Assembly (NCBI GenBank): GCA_963705705.1
Contig: CAVPKK010000003.1
Span: 64,001 to 128,000, forward strand
Direction: 5' to 3'
Source of the DNA: an uncultured bacterium
GTDB lineage: Bacteria > Babelota > Babeliae > Babelales > JABCYS01
Length of the DNA stretch: 64,000 nt
A program made the translations under genes and the position numbers. The stretch's first letter is position 1. Each line of letters starts with the position of its first letter. The notes beneath the pieces were generated by a model. It was not told where the DNA came from. It did no database searches and was given only the letters and a program-made list of their open reading frames with translations. Below are positions 39,960 through 49,292 of the stretch, in pieces.

Positions 39960-40562
39960 TTAGAGAGCGGTAACGTCTGCTGCGGTTTGATTGCATGGCG
40001 GGCATGCAGGGCAGCCTGCTTGCAAGCTGGCAATCGCATTTGCAACGGCTGTCGCAATACCAGCTACTACATCATAAACTGCATCTGGGCCATAAGCTAC
40101 TGCAAGCTTGAGAGCTTTATAGCCAACCAATAGATACACAAGTTTAACCAAATCATTGTTATTGTAATGAGCTGGTAACTTCTTGCTCAACTCGTTGCTG
40201 AGTAAGTTTGATACTGTATATAGATAGCCAGCTTCACTTGCTATATTAGATACGGTACCTGCACCTGGGATTGTGCCATCCAAAAGCTCGCCTGAGCCAG
40301 CTACTGCAATATCATAAGCTATTAGTGTCGGATAGCTATCGCTGAGATATTTCTTGTCAGCTAGATATTTTGATGCATAAACCCAAGCTACACCGCCGAA
40401 ACCATAGGTAAGGAGGGTATTGCCGGTGCTTGAGCTGCGGGTCGCCGCTAGCATCGATGAGAGACGAGATTTGAGGCTTACTGCTTGTTTAGCGGTCGCC
40501 GCTTCAACCATAGTTGTTACAGCCAGAAGACCGGCTAGCAAAACAGTATAACGTTTGTTCAT
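39960..40562 (-). CDS. Secreted/membrane hypothetical protein with C-terminal CPACPPC
   Basis: Signal peptide MNKRYTVLLAGLLAVTTMVEA; SD AAGGGAG; own terminator. Confidence 0.7.
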   Translation of the reverse strand: MNKRYTVLLAGLLAVTTMVEAATAKQAVSLKSRLSSMLAATRSSSTGNTLLTYGFGGVAWVYASKYLADKKYLSDSYPTLIAYDIAVAGSGELLDGTIPGAGTVSNIASEAGYLYTVSNLLSNELSKKLPAHYNNNDLVKLVYLLVGYKALKLAVAYGPDAVYDVVAGIATAVANAIASLQAGCPACPPCNQTAADVTAL

Positions 40563-40850
40563 GAACAACTCCCTTATAAAAGGTTAGTGTGAAAAGATAC
40601 TTACACCAAAACAAGCTATCTGGTTTTTACCGGCTGTCAATAATTCAATAATGCGATGTAACGCTTTAAAACTGTATTTTTGAATCACGTAAATGTAGAA
40701 AAAAAGCAGCTTATAAAAGGCTTTTGGCCTCTATTTGATATGCACATTTCTATTGGGTACCTCATATTTTTCTATGGACATGATAATTTTTGGTGCTAGA
40801 ATCTCGCGCGTTCTGTGAGTGATTAATAGAAATTAAACCAGCGAGGAATC

Positions 40851-41978
40851 ATGAACTATTTTGGCAATAAGTTGCTTTTATTGGTTGTTTTAGCTTTTGC
40901 TTGCAATACAACAGCATTCGGGCACCCAAAGAATGAATCATACGCTGCCGAAAAAACGGTTTTATTGACCGGCGCTGCTGGATTTATTGGCAGCAATTTC
41001 CTCAAATATATGTTTGATAAGTATCCATCCTATAAATTTATAGTGTTGGATATTCTGACATATGCAGGTTCGCTCGATAATATTCCTACATATATTCAAG
41101 AATCGCCAAGATTTTCTTTTGTGTACGGTTCAGTTACCAATGCTTTTCTTGTAGATAGCGTGATGAGCAAAGCTGATTTCGTTGTACATTTTGCTGCAGA
41201 ATCACATGTAACCCGTAGTATTTATGATGATTATACTTTTTTTGATACCGACGTAATGGGTACGCGCGTTATGATGGCTTCATTAGTTAAGTATGCAAAA
41301 AAAATATGCCGATTCATTCATATATCAACCTCTGAAGTCTTTGGAACAGCAGAAGGAGATTATATGGATGAAGAGCATCCGCTTAATCCTAGAACTCCTT
41401 ATGCTGCGGCAAAAGCGGGTGCCGACAGATTGGTATATGCCTACTGGTGTACTTTTGATATACCGGCGCTTATCATTCGGCCATTTAACAACTATGGGCC
41501 GCAACAACATTTAGAAAAGTTTATTCCACGTTGTATTACCAGTGCTATTAAAGGTGAGCCAATTACGGTTCACGGCGATGGTCTGCAGGAGCGTGACTGG
41601 GTTCACACGCTTGATGTTGCCAGAGCACTTGATAAAGCATTGCATATCGAAGATTTTTCTAAGATCAAAAACCAGGTAATTAACATTGGCAGCGGTAAAG
41701 CCACCACAATTTTAGACATCGCAAATTGCATCCGCGACCACTTTAATTTACCACCAGAGTCACTCATTTTTACCAGTGACCGCCCAGGGCAAGTTGCACG
41801 TCATATTTCGGCCACGCGCAAGGCAAAAGAACTTCTTGATTGGGAACCAATCATTGGGCTCAAAGAAGGGCTTAAGGACACTATTGAATGGTACAAAACA
41901 CATCCAGGACGATGGAAGAAAATGGAGTCGATGAAACAAGTTCCGGTAGTGACGTCTCTTGGTATTGAAATGCAGTAA
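40851..41978 (+). CDS. NDP-glucose 4,6-dehydratase (RmlB/RfbB-like) with signal peptide
   Basis: TGAAGFIGSN, D.LTYAG, HFAAESHV, HISTSEV, YAAAK, NNYGP.Q; N-terminus KLLLLVVLAFACNTTAFG. Confidence 0.88.
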   Translation: MNYFGNKLLLLVVLAFACNTTAFGHPKNESYAAEKTVLLTGAAGFIGSNFLKYMFDKYPSYKFIVLDILTYAGSLDNIPTYIQESPRFSFVYGSVTNAFLVDSVMSKADFVVHFAAESHVTRSIYDDYTFFDTDVMGTRVMMASLVKYAKKICRFIHISTSEVFGTAEGDYMDEEHPLNPRTPYAAAKAGADRLVYAYWCTFDIPALIIRPFNNYGPQQHLEKFIPRCITSAIKGEPITVHGDGLQERDWVHTLDVARALDKALHIEDFSKIKNQVINIGSGKATTILDIANCIRDHFNLPPESLIFTSDRPGQVARHISATRKAKELLDWEPIIGLKEGLKDTIEWYKTHPGRWKKMESMKQVPVVTSLGIEMQ

Positions 41979-41997
41979 TGAAAAAAAGGATTACTCA

Positions 41998-42933
41998 ATG
42001 ATACGGCGTATTTCACACATTATTCTCTCTGTTTTTGTCGTTCTGGCATATTGTGACTCAGCCCTCGCTGCGGGTCAAAAAACAGTACTGATTTTTGGCG
42101 GCAAGACTGGATGGATCGGACAAAAATTGGTCCGTCTATTTACCGAACAAAATTATAAGGTCATCTGTGCTAAGGGTCGTCTCGAGAATAGGCTAGAGCT
42201 AGAAAGGGAAATTGATGCAGCGAATCCTGATTGTATTATTAATGCCGCAGGAGTAACCGGCCGCCCCAATGTTGATTGGTGTGAAACGCATCAGCGTGAG
42301 ACCATCCGAGCGAACATTATCGGTGCATTAAATCTTGCCGATGTTGCCTGCGATTACAATATTCATGTAATCAATCTTGGTACCGGTTGTATTTATGAAT
42401 ATGATGAAGATCATTCTATTGGCGGTCGCGGATTTACCGAAGCCGATGAGCCAAATTTTGCAGGGTCATTTTATTCTAAAACAAAGATCTTTTTAGATAG
42501 TATGCTCCAGTCATATCCCAACGTTCTCAACTTGAGACTGCGCATGCCTATTTCGGACGATTTACACCCACGCAATTTTGTTACAAAAATTACCTCGTAT
42601 AAAAAGGTAATAAATGTTCCCAATTCAATGAGCATTCTGCATGATCTATTACCATTAATTCCGCAGATGGCCGAACGCAGGCTGACGGGAAACTACAATT
42701 TTGTGAATCCCGGCGCTATTTCCCATAATGAAATCTTAGATCTTTATAAGAAATACATCGATCCAACATTTACCTATGCCAACTTTTCTATAGAAGAGCA
42801 AAACCGGATATTGGCCTCAAAGCGATCTAATAATACGCTGGATACCGCCAAACTATTAAAAGAATTTCCTTTCGTTCCCCCTATCAAAGTTGCGATGGTT
42901 GAGATGTTCAAGCGCATGCAATCTTCGCCCTGA
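41998..42933 (+). CDS. Plant/giant-virus-type bifunctional NDP-4-keto-6-deoxyglucose 3,5-epimerase/4-reductase (NRS/ER-like) with signal peptide
   Basis: GKTGWIG, AGVTGRPNVDWCE...ETIRAN..G.L.LAD, TGCIYEYD, PNFAGSFYSKTK, LRLRMPI, PRNFVTKI..Y.KV.N.PNSM, NPGAISHNEIL. Confidence 0.88.
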   Translation: MIRRISHIILSVFVVLAYCDSALAAGQKTVLIFGGKTGWIGQKLVRLFTEQNYKVICAKGRLENRLELEREIDAANPDCIINAAGVTGRPNVDWCETHQRETIRANIIGALNLADVACDYNIHVINLGTGCIYEYDEDHSIGGRGFTEADEPNFAGSFYSKTKIFLDSMLQSYPNVLNLRLRMPISDDLHPRNFVTKITSYKKVINVPNSMSILHDLLPLIPQMAERRLTGNYNFVNPGAISHNEILDLYKKYIDPTFTYANFSIEEQNRILASKRSNNTLDTAKLLKEFPFVPPIKVAMVEMFKRMQSSP

Positions 42934-42944
42934 TCCGCACCCGA

Positions 42945-42972
42945 TTGAAGTCAGCGGCAGTTTCTATATAAT
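42945..42972 (+). promoter_or_regulatory. Putative sigma70 promoter of groES-groEL
   Basis: TTGAAG-N16-TATAAT. Confidence 0.5.
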
Positions 42973-42999
42973 TTACTTCCCCTATACGCAACATAAGCA

Positions 43000-43057
43000 A
43001 AGCGAGTCGGAAATTTATTTCCAGCGCGCGCAGCGAGGTATAGGTGGCGTAGCCACT
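43000..43057 (+). ncRNA. Candidate structured leader motif, copy 2
   Basis: AAGCGAGTC-GGAAA(TTTA)TTTCC..GCGCAGCGA..GGTGGC(GTA)GCCACT; matches 5497-5557. Confidence 0.55.
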
Positions 43058-43097
43058 CAACCACTCATTTGAAACAATACTTTACAAGGAGTTGCCT

Positions 43098-43382
43098 ATG
43101 TTTGAGAAAATACGGCCGTTATATGACCGTGTTCTGGTGCAACGTCTGGAAGACGAAAATAAGACCCCAGGCGGCTTATACATCCCAGAAAATGCAAAAG
43201 AAAAAGCCCAAACCGGGAAGGTAGTCTCAGTAGGAGCCGGGCGCTTAGTTGGCGACAAAGTGGTACCCCTTCAAGTCAAGGCCGGCGATACCATCTTTTT
43301 CGGCAAATATGCCGGTACTGATGCTGGCAGAGACCATCTTATTATCCGTGAAGAAGAAATTCTCGGCATCGTAGAAAACTAA
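43098..43382 (+). CDS. groES: Co-chaperonin GroES
   Basis: [42 protein letters not shown]. Confidence 0.97.
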   Translation: MFEKIRPLYDRVLVQRLEDENKTPGGLYIPENAKEKAQTGKVVSVGAGRLVGDKVVPLQVKAGDTIFFGKYAGTDAGRDHLIIREEEILGIVEN

Positions 43383-43508
43383 CAGGGCGAGCCCTGTACC
43401 CAAGGTCCCTTGCGCACTAAGCATTGTCATTTGATGATTTAGCCGTAGGCGATACGATGCCTCCTCAATTGAATTCTGCTGAGGGCTACCGCCCTCTATG
43501 CCACCCGC
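43383..43508 (+). repeat. Palindromic repeats in the groES-groEL spacer (CAGGGCGAGCCCTGTACCC; GAGGGCTACCGCCCTC..CACCCGC)
   Basis: Same CAGGGC-loop-GCCCTG-N-ACCC unit occurs at 50666-50685 and 55337-55357. Confidence 0.7.
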
Positions 43509-43529
43509 AATTAACAAGGAATTATAATC

Positions 43530-45173
43530 ATGGCAGGAAAACGTATTCTATTCGGTGTCGAAGCCCGCGAGAAGATTCGCGCTGGCGTAGACACCCTAGC
43601 AGATGCAGTCAAAGTAACCCTCGGGCCCCGTGGCCGCAACGTTGCTTTCGACCGCTCATTTGGCTCCCCAGTCATTACCAAGGACGGAGTCTCAGTAGCT
43701 AAAGAAATCGAACTTAAAGACCGCCTAGAAAATATGGGCGCCCAAATGGTTCGGGAAGTAGCCAGCAAAACTGCGGATGTAGCCGGTGACGGTACCACAA
43801 CCGCAACAGTTCTCGCCCAGGCCATCTTCCGCGAAGGTAACAAATATGTTACAGCCGGCGCTAACCCAATGGAACTTAAGCGCGGTATCGATAAGGCAGT
43901 AATCGAAGTCGTAAAGCAAATCAAGGCGACTGCACATCCAATTAAAGACAAGAAAGAGATCGAGCAAGTTGCTACCATCTCAGCAAATTCCGATGCCGCA
44001 ATCGGCCAACTTATTGCGCAAGCGATGGAAAAGGTTGGACGCGATGGTGTGATCACCGTCGAAGAAGCAAAGGGTATGCATGACGAGCTAGACGTGGTCG
44101 AAGGTATGCAATTCGATCGTGGCTATCTCTCGCCGTACTTTGTAACCAATGCTGAAAAGATGGAAGCAGTAAGTAACGATCCGGTAATCCTGATCTATGA
44201 AAAAAAGATCAGCAGCATGAAAAGTCTGTTGCCGATCTTAGAGCAAGTAGCAAAAATCGGCCGTCAGCTGCTTATCCTTGCTGAAGACATTGAAGGCGAA
44301 GCGCTTGCTACTCTCGTAGTAAACCGCCTACGTGGCACACTCCAAGTATCAGCTGTTAAGGCACCAGGTTTTGGCGATCGTCGCAAAGCAATGCTTGAAG
44401 ATATTGCCATCTTGACCGGTGGACGTCTTATCTCTGAAGATATTGGACTTAAGCTTGAAAACGTTACCCTCAATGACCTTGGTCAAGCCAAAAAGGCTGT
44501 TCTTACTAAAGACACGTGTACTATTGTAGACGGTCGCGGTGCACCGGAAAGCATTAAGGCCCGGGTTGCTCAAGTGAAAGCACAAATCGAAGCAACTACC
44601 TCTGACTACGACAAAGAGAAGTTGCAAGAACGACTTGCCAAGCTATCTGGCGGTATTGCTGTGATCAAAGTTGGTGCTGTAACCGAAACGGAAATGAAAG
44701 AAAAGAAAGACCGTATCGAAGACGCACTTAACGCAACACGTGCCGCAGTAGAAGAGGGTGTAATCCCTGGCGGCGGCGTAGCATTGCTCCGTTCGCAATT
44801 AGCGCTCGAGACTCTAAAACTTGAAGGTGACGAAAAGCTTGGTGCTCAGATCGTACGCCGTGCGCTCGAAGAACCATTACGCATTATTGCTCAAAACGCT
44901 GGCTTTGAGGCGTCCGTTGTCATTAACAATGTACGTGCAAGCAAAGATGCGCAAGGCTTTGATGCGAAATCGGGTGAATACGTAGACATGGTACAAAATG
45001 GTATCATCGATCCAGCTAAAGTAACCCGCACTGCATTGCAAAATGCATCATCAATTGCCGGGCTCTTGCTGACCACCGAAGCGATCATCTGCGAACTTCC
45101 AGAAGAAAAGAAGGATGCAGCTCATCGCCACGGCGGCGCACCCGACATGGGCATGGGCGGCGGCATGTACTAG
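43530..45173 (+). CDS. groEL: Chaperonin GroEL
   Basis: [42 protein letters not shown]-rich tail. Confidence 0.99.
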   Translation: MAGKRILFGVEAREKIRAGVDTLADAVKVTLGPRGRNVAFDRSFGSPVITKDGVSVAKEIELKDRLENMGAQMVREVASKTADVAGDGTTTATVLAQAIFREGNKYVTAGANPMELKRGIDKAVIEVVKQIKATAHPIKDKKEIEQVATISANSDAAIGQLIAQAMEKVGRDGVITVEEAKGMHDELDVVEGMQFDRGYLSPYFVTNAEKMEAVSNDPVILIYEKKISSMKSLLPILEQVAKIGRQLLILAEDIEGEALATLVVNRLRGTLQVSAVKAPGFGDRRKAMLEDIAILTGGRLISEDIGLKLENVTLNDLGQAKKAVLTKDTCTIVDGRGAPESIKARVAQVKAQIEATTSDYDKEKLQERLAKLSGGIAVIKVGAVTETEMKEKKDRIEDALNATRAAVEEGVIPGGGVALLRSQLALETLKLEGDEKLGAQIVRRALEEPLRIIAQNAGFEASVVINNVRASKDAQGFDAKSGEYVDMVQNGIIDPAKVTRTALQNASSIAGLLLTTEAIICELPEEKKDAAHRHGGAPDMGMGGGMY

Positions 45174-45236
45174 AAGGGGACCGCTCCTTCACGCGGCTAT
45201 GCAGTCAATGGCTTCGTAGTCAAGATTGCTGAGAAT

Positions 45237-45288
45237 CCGTTCGTCCTGAGTATTTTGCTTAGCAAAATGTATCGAAGGAAACGAACGG
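45237..45288. repeat. REP-like hairpin CCGTTCGTCCTGAG..TCGAAGGAAACGAACGG
   Basis: 8-bp terminal inverted repeat, inner ATTTTGCT-T-AGCAAAAT; homologous to 39777-39814. Confidence 0.75.
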
Positions 45289-45293
45289 TCAAA

Positions 45294-45341
45294 TAAAAAC
45301 TGGTCTTGTGAGTTTCAATAACTTACAGGGCCAGTTTTTTT
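45294..45341. terminator. Bidirectional intrinsic terminator after groEL
   Basis: AAAAACTGGTCTTGTGAGTT-loop-AACTTACAGGGCCAGTTTTTTT. Confidence 0.85.
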
Positions 45342-45352
45342 ATTGGGTTTAA

Positions 45353-46009
45353 TTAATTACGAACTGATTGATCAAGAAGTTTGAACTCCAAGCTAACCCA
45401 GACCAGAGTGCTTAAAAGCGCAACAAAAAAACACCACACAGAAGTAAATGTATGTTGCCACCACCAATAAGAAATGGTCATTGAAACAAGGCCTAACAAG
45501 CCAAAAAGATGTAATATTCTTTTGCTACTAACAAACCAAGGAAGCGCCATGGGCACTAAGTAGAAAAGAAGGCCGTATTTTTCTGCCCATGCAGGTATTG
45601 AGAAATGATACGCAATTGAATGATGTAAAATTTCAACCGTGAACTGGTGGTATATTCCCATGTATAAAGCAGTAGCAGAAAATAATGCGCCGCAGACTGC
45701 CAGTATTTTAAGAGCATAAATACGCCAACGATCTTGTTCTAATGGCAATAACATATTTGGCACCCATAAGGGCCATAGAATGAATGCGAAGTACAAAAAT
45801 AGAATAGCATCAGCGTGCGCCATTTCTGGGTTATTTGGCAAGCTGATCCATACCATTCCTTCCGCAAACTGTTGAACAGCAAATAAAAGAGGAATAGCTG
45901 CATAACCATAAACGTGTGGGCGTTGGCGCGCTGCTAATATAATACTGCGTGCACCAAGAACTGATAAAACACCTGCGGTCGTAAAGCTAGCCGTAGCTGA
46001 AAAGCACAT
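45353..46009 (-). CDS. DUF6629-like multi-TM membrane protein
   Basis: MCFSATASF start, PLLFAVQQFAEG.VW, FTSVWCFF. Confidence 0.75.
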   Translation of the reverse strand: MCFSATASFTTAGVLSVLGARSIILAARQRPHVYGYAAIPLLFAVQQFAEGMVWISLPNNPEMAHADAILFLYFAFILWPLWVPNMLLPLEQDRWRIYALKILAVCGALFSATALYMGIYHQFTVEILHHSIAYHFSIPAWAEKYGLLFYLVPMALPWFVSSKRILHLFGLLGLVSMTISYWWWQHTFTSVWCFFVALLSTLVWVSLEFKLLDQSVRN

Positions 46010-46095
46010 TGTTTTCTCCTTTTTATAAAAAACTCTTGACTTAGATCTTCACCCGTATGCTACTATGACCGGGTGATTAAGCAAAGTGAAGGATA

Positions 46096-46752
46096 ATGAT
46101 GGCAAAGAAGAAAACGGCGACACGCAAAAAAACAGTTAAAAGATCGACCCATTCAAAAAAGCGAGCGTCACCAAAAAAAAGCGCGCGCTTAACTAGTTCA
46201 TTGAAAACGTATCGAAAAAAACGGAATTTTGCCAAAACATCAGAACCATATAGCACGCCACGAACATCTGTTCTAAGAAATGCCAATCAGCCCATCTTCG
46301 TTGTTCAAAAACACGCAGCCTCTCATCTGCATTATGATTTCCGTCTAGAGTTTCGTGGCGTGCTCAAATCGTGGGCTGTACCTAAAGGAATTCCTACTAA
46401 GCTAGGCGTAAAGCATCTCGCTGCACCAACTGAAGACCATCCATTAGAATGGGCTAAATTCCAAGGAACGATTCCCGCAGGTGAGTATGGTGCTGGCACG
46501 GTAGAAACATGGGATCACGGTACCTATCAAAATATTAAAGAGATCGATGGCAAAAAAATACCTATGAGCAAATGTCTTGAGATGGGACGTGTCGAAGTGT
46601 GGCTTGAGGGCAATAAGCTTCATGGAGGCTATGCTCTTGTACGCGCCGGACATCCTGATACGGAACATGGTGAAAAGGAATATTGGCTAATCTTAAAAAT
46701 GAGAGCTGCTAAGTCCAAAAAAAGGCTTAAGGATTGGACTGATGGCGATTAA
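46096..46752 (+). CDS. Stand-alone LigD 3'-phosphoesterase domain with basic N-terminal tail
   Basis: YRKKRNF..T.EP, FVVQKHAASHLHYDFRLE, LKSWAVPKG, TEDHP, YGAG.V..WD.G. Confidence 0.9.
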   Translation: MMAKKKTATRKKTVKRSTHSKKRASPKKSARLTSSLKTYRKKRNFAKTSEPYSTPRTSVLRNANQPIFVVQKHAASHLHYDFRLEFRGVLKSWAVPKGIPTKLGVKHLAAPTEDHPLEWAKFQGTIPAGEYGAGTVETWDHGTYQNIKEIDGKKIPMSKCLEMGRVEVWLEGNKLHGGYALVRAGHPDTEHGEKEYWLILKMRAAKSKKRLKDWTDGD

Positions 46753-47725
46753 GATTCTTCCAAAGAAATCAGTATTAAAAAAAGAAAACCCCGAACTTAA
46801 ATTAGGGCGTCACGCAGTCGAAATAACCCATCCAGACCGCGTCTGGTTTCCAAAAGATGGTTATACCAAAGGTGATATCGTCAAATATTATGCCGATATA
46901 GCTCCTACCATGTTGCCATATGTAAAGGACCGTGCAATTACAATGCTGCGCTATCCTGATGGCATTCATGGGGAGCATTGGTTTCACAAAGAAACACCTG
47001 ATTATTTTCCATCATATATCAGGCGAGCTACGGTAGAAAAGCAGGGTGGTGTGGTGCACCAGCCTGTATGTAACAATGAAGCAGCTATTGCATATCTAGC
47101 CAATCAAGGATGTCTCATATTCCACATTTGGCTGAGCAAAATAACTAAACTTAATTACCCTGATCGTCTAATTTTTGATCTGGATCCATCGGGAAGATTT
47201 AAGGTTGATAACGCAAAAGCATTTGCTGAAATTCGAGCTATTGCCCTGGATTTGCGAGATTTATTTGAAGATATTGGGTTGCATCCTTTTCCCATGTTAA
47301 CCGGGTCTCGCGGCATGCACGTAGTTTGCCCGCTTAAGCCAACAAATACATTTGATGATGTGCGCCATTTTGCGCAAGATATGGCTACGTTTATGGCGAA
47401 GTTGAATTCAAAAAAACTTACGACAGAAGTGCGAAAAAATAAACGCGGTCATCGCCTCTTCTTAGACACCGCCCGAAATTCATATGCCGCCACAGCTGTT
47501 GCGCCTTATTCGGTTCGTCCTTACGACGGAGCTCCAGTTGCTACGCCATTGCATTGGGATGATATTCAACATGATAAAAAATTATCCTCGCAGAGTTACA
47601 ATATAAAAAACATTTTTGAGCGCTTAAAGGAAGATGGGGATGCTTGGAAAGATATTAATAAGCACGCTGTATCAATAAAGACGCCGCAAAAAAACTTTGA
47701 AAAATTGATAGAGAAAATTCAGTAA
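46742..47725 (+). CDS. Stand-alone LigD-type AEP polymerase domain
   Basis: THPDRV.FP..G.TK, RYPDGI, PDRLIFDLDP, TGSRGMHV, R..RLFLD..RN, APYSVR, VATPL.W. Confidence 0.9.
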   Translation: MAIKILPKKSVLKKENPELKLGRHAVEITHPDRVWFPKDGYTKGDIVKYYADIAPTMLPYVKDRAITMLRYPDGIHGEHWFHKETPDYFPSYIRRATVEKQGGVVHQPVCNNEAAIAYLANQGCLIFHIWLSKITKLNYPDRLIFDLDPSGRFKVDNAKAFAEIRAIALDLRDLFEDIGLHPFPMLTGSRGMHVVCPLKPTNTFDDVRHFAQDMATFMAKLNSKKLTTEVRKNKRGHRLFLDTARNSYAATAVAPYSVRPYDGAPVATPLHWDDIQHDKKLSSQSYNIKNIFERLKEDGDAWKDINKHAVSIKTPQKNFEKLIEKIQ

Positions 47726-47757
47726 AATCCAATTTGGATGAAGTCATCAAGGTAATG

Positions 47758-48754
47758 TTACTTTTCTTTGTGCAACTTAACGTGTAAAGAATAGACTGCT
47801 TCTTCATGCGGCAAACAACGCTCATCTGCTATATTCCGGCATTCATGTAATGATTCGATCAGTTCCGGGATGTTACCAAGCACATCACAATGTGAGAACT
47901 CTGCGTGCCCAGCAGAAGCGCCATTTAAAAAGAGGCGGCCTTGCAGCATATTATCTTGTGGCACAAATTCTCGGGCCGAAAAGAATGGACATTTCGGTAC
48001 GTGTCTTTTTTTGCCCGATACCGGATGCGGTACACTTCTTCTCATTGAAGCATATAGGCCTTGCGGATCGGCAATCTGTCCGAAATCAGATCGTGAATAC
48101 AATACATAAATATTTTGAAACATGGGATCTTTGATGCAATATGAGGTAGCACACTGCACCGGGCATGCAAGCAAAATGAGCTCACTAATACGCAATCGCG
48201 GATCATTTTTATCTAATGGATTGGCAATATTGGCTAAATTTAACGCCACATTCCCACCATGGCTATGGCAGATAAGCCAAATCTTTGGCGCTCGACCAAT
48301 ATCGGCTTTTATTTGGGCCACTAAGTCACTTAATTGATTGTGTAAATCACGAAGCTGCGCCTTCACGTTCAATAAAACTTAATTGACCGCTCCAACCGAA
48401 GGCATAAAACTGATCATATTGATAGCTGTGAGGGTATCGTTCGCCTAATATTCGCGCACACGTACGGTATCGGCTTTGTTCATGGAGATTATCTACATGT
48501 GTTAAGCCATGCGGAACTGTTTTTACCTGCCAGGGGAAGATAGTGCCATGGATCCAAACCGTAATATGGGGAATAACTTCTGGCTGGACTGCTTGATTTC
48601 GAGGCCTTTGGCAACGGCGCGTGCCTGAAGTTACTTGTGGTTGATCACACGATTGCTCTTTGATATTAACCCAATGCTTAATTACCCGGTGTCGATAGCA
48701 GCCAGGCAGAATGAGTAAGAAACTGAGTGTAAAAAGAATATTGCGATACAACAT
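47758..48754 (-). pseudogene. Lipoprotein alpha/beta-hydrolase split by a 1-nt frameshift near 48350-48365
   Basis: Lipobox LPGC and IHGT/FGWSG in 48347-48754; nucleophile elbow CHSHGGNV in 47758-48372; removing one base joins them (..IEREGAARDLHNQL..). Confidence 0.7.
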
Positions 48755-48810
48755 TTTGAATCTATACAGGTGAGGGCGAAACTTACTTACAGCGTGTGGT
48801 TTGGCATATT

Positions 48811-49206
48811 TTACCGTTTAACCATGGTAACTATGGCATTAGCTGTGCTCATAATAGCAGGAGTAGGATTTCCCGTCATTGCCGATTGCACAATACCCGT
48901 GGCTAAAGCAGCAATGGTTTGTATGAACTTTTCATCTTCCTGATTATTTTTCTCCCGCCGCGATTTTTTGCCGCTCCGTTTTTTCTGAAGTCCAGCTTGC
49001 ATTTCATCTGCATCCGCTTGTTTGTTGGTCGCAATCATTGCTTGAGCGGCAGCCATCTGCAAAAAGGAGTAAAAATTTGGATCATCCGCTGAAATGCTTA
49101 CGCCATTAATAGTGACGGTTACTTCATTGGCAGCTTTATCTCTAGCCACAATTAAATTTGGTAACAGTAGTGATACCAATGCAATAAATACAACAATCTT
49201 TGCCAT
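48811..49206 (-). CDS. Secreted hypothetical protein
   Basis: Signal peptide; internal basic patch KKRSGKKSRR. Confidence 0.6.
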   Translation of the reverse strand: MAKIVVFIALVSLLLPNLIVARDKAANEVTVTINGVSISADDPNFYSFLQMAAAQAMIATNKQADADEMQAGLQKKRSGKKSRREKNNQEDEKFIQTIAALATGIVQSAMTGNPTPAIMSTANAIVTMVKR

Positions 49207-49292
49207 ACATCATCCCTTTTTATTAAACAGTATAGGATCAATGTAGCAATGGCGAAGTGAAGAATGCAGCAGTTTGTATTAAAACTGAACGA

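Noticed and set aside
42934..43097. CIRCE/HrcA operator upstream of groES
   Set aside because: No TTAGCACTC-N9-GAGTGCTAA match seen
43511..44056. 181-aa antisense ORF over groEL (similarly 50657-51136, 51344-51871, 59484-59984 and 60669-61199)
   Set aside because: Shadow ORFs opposite real genes, explained by codon bias; no independent motifs
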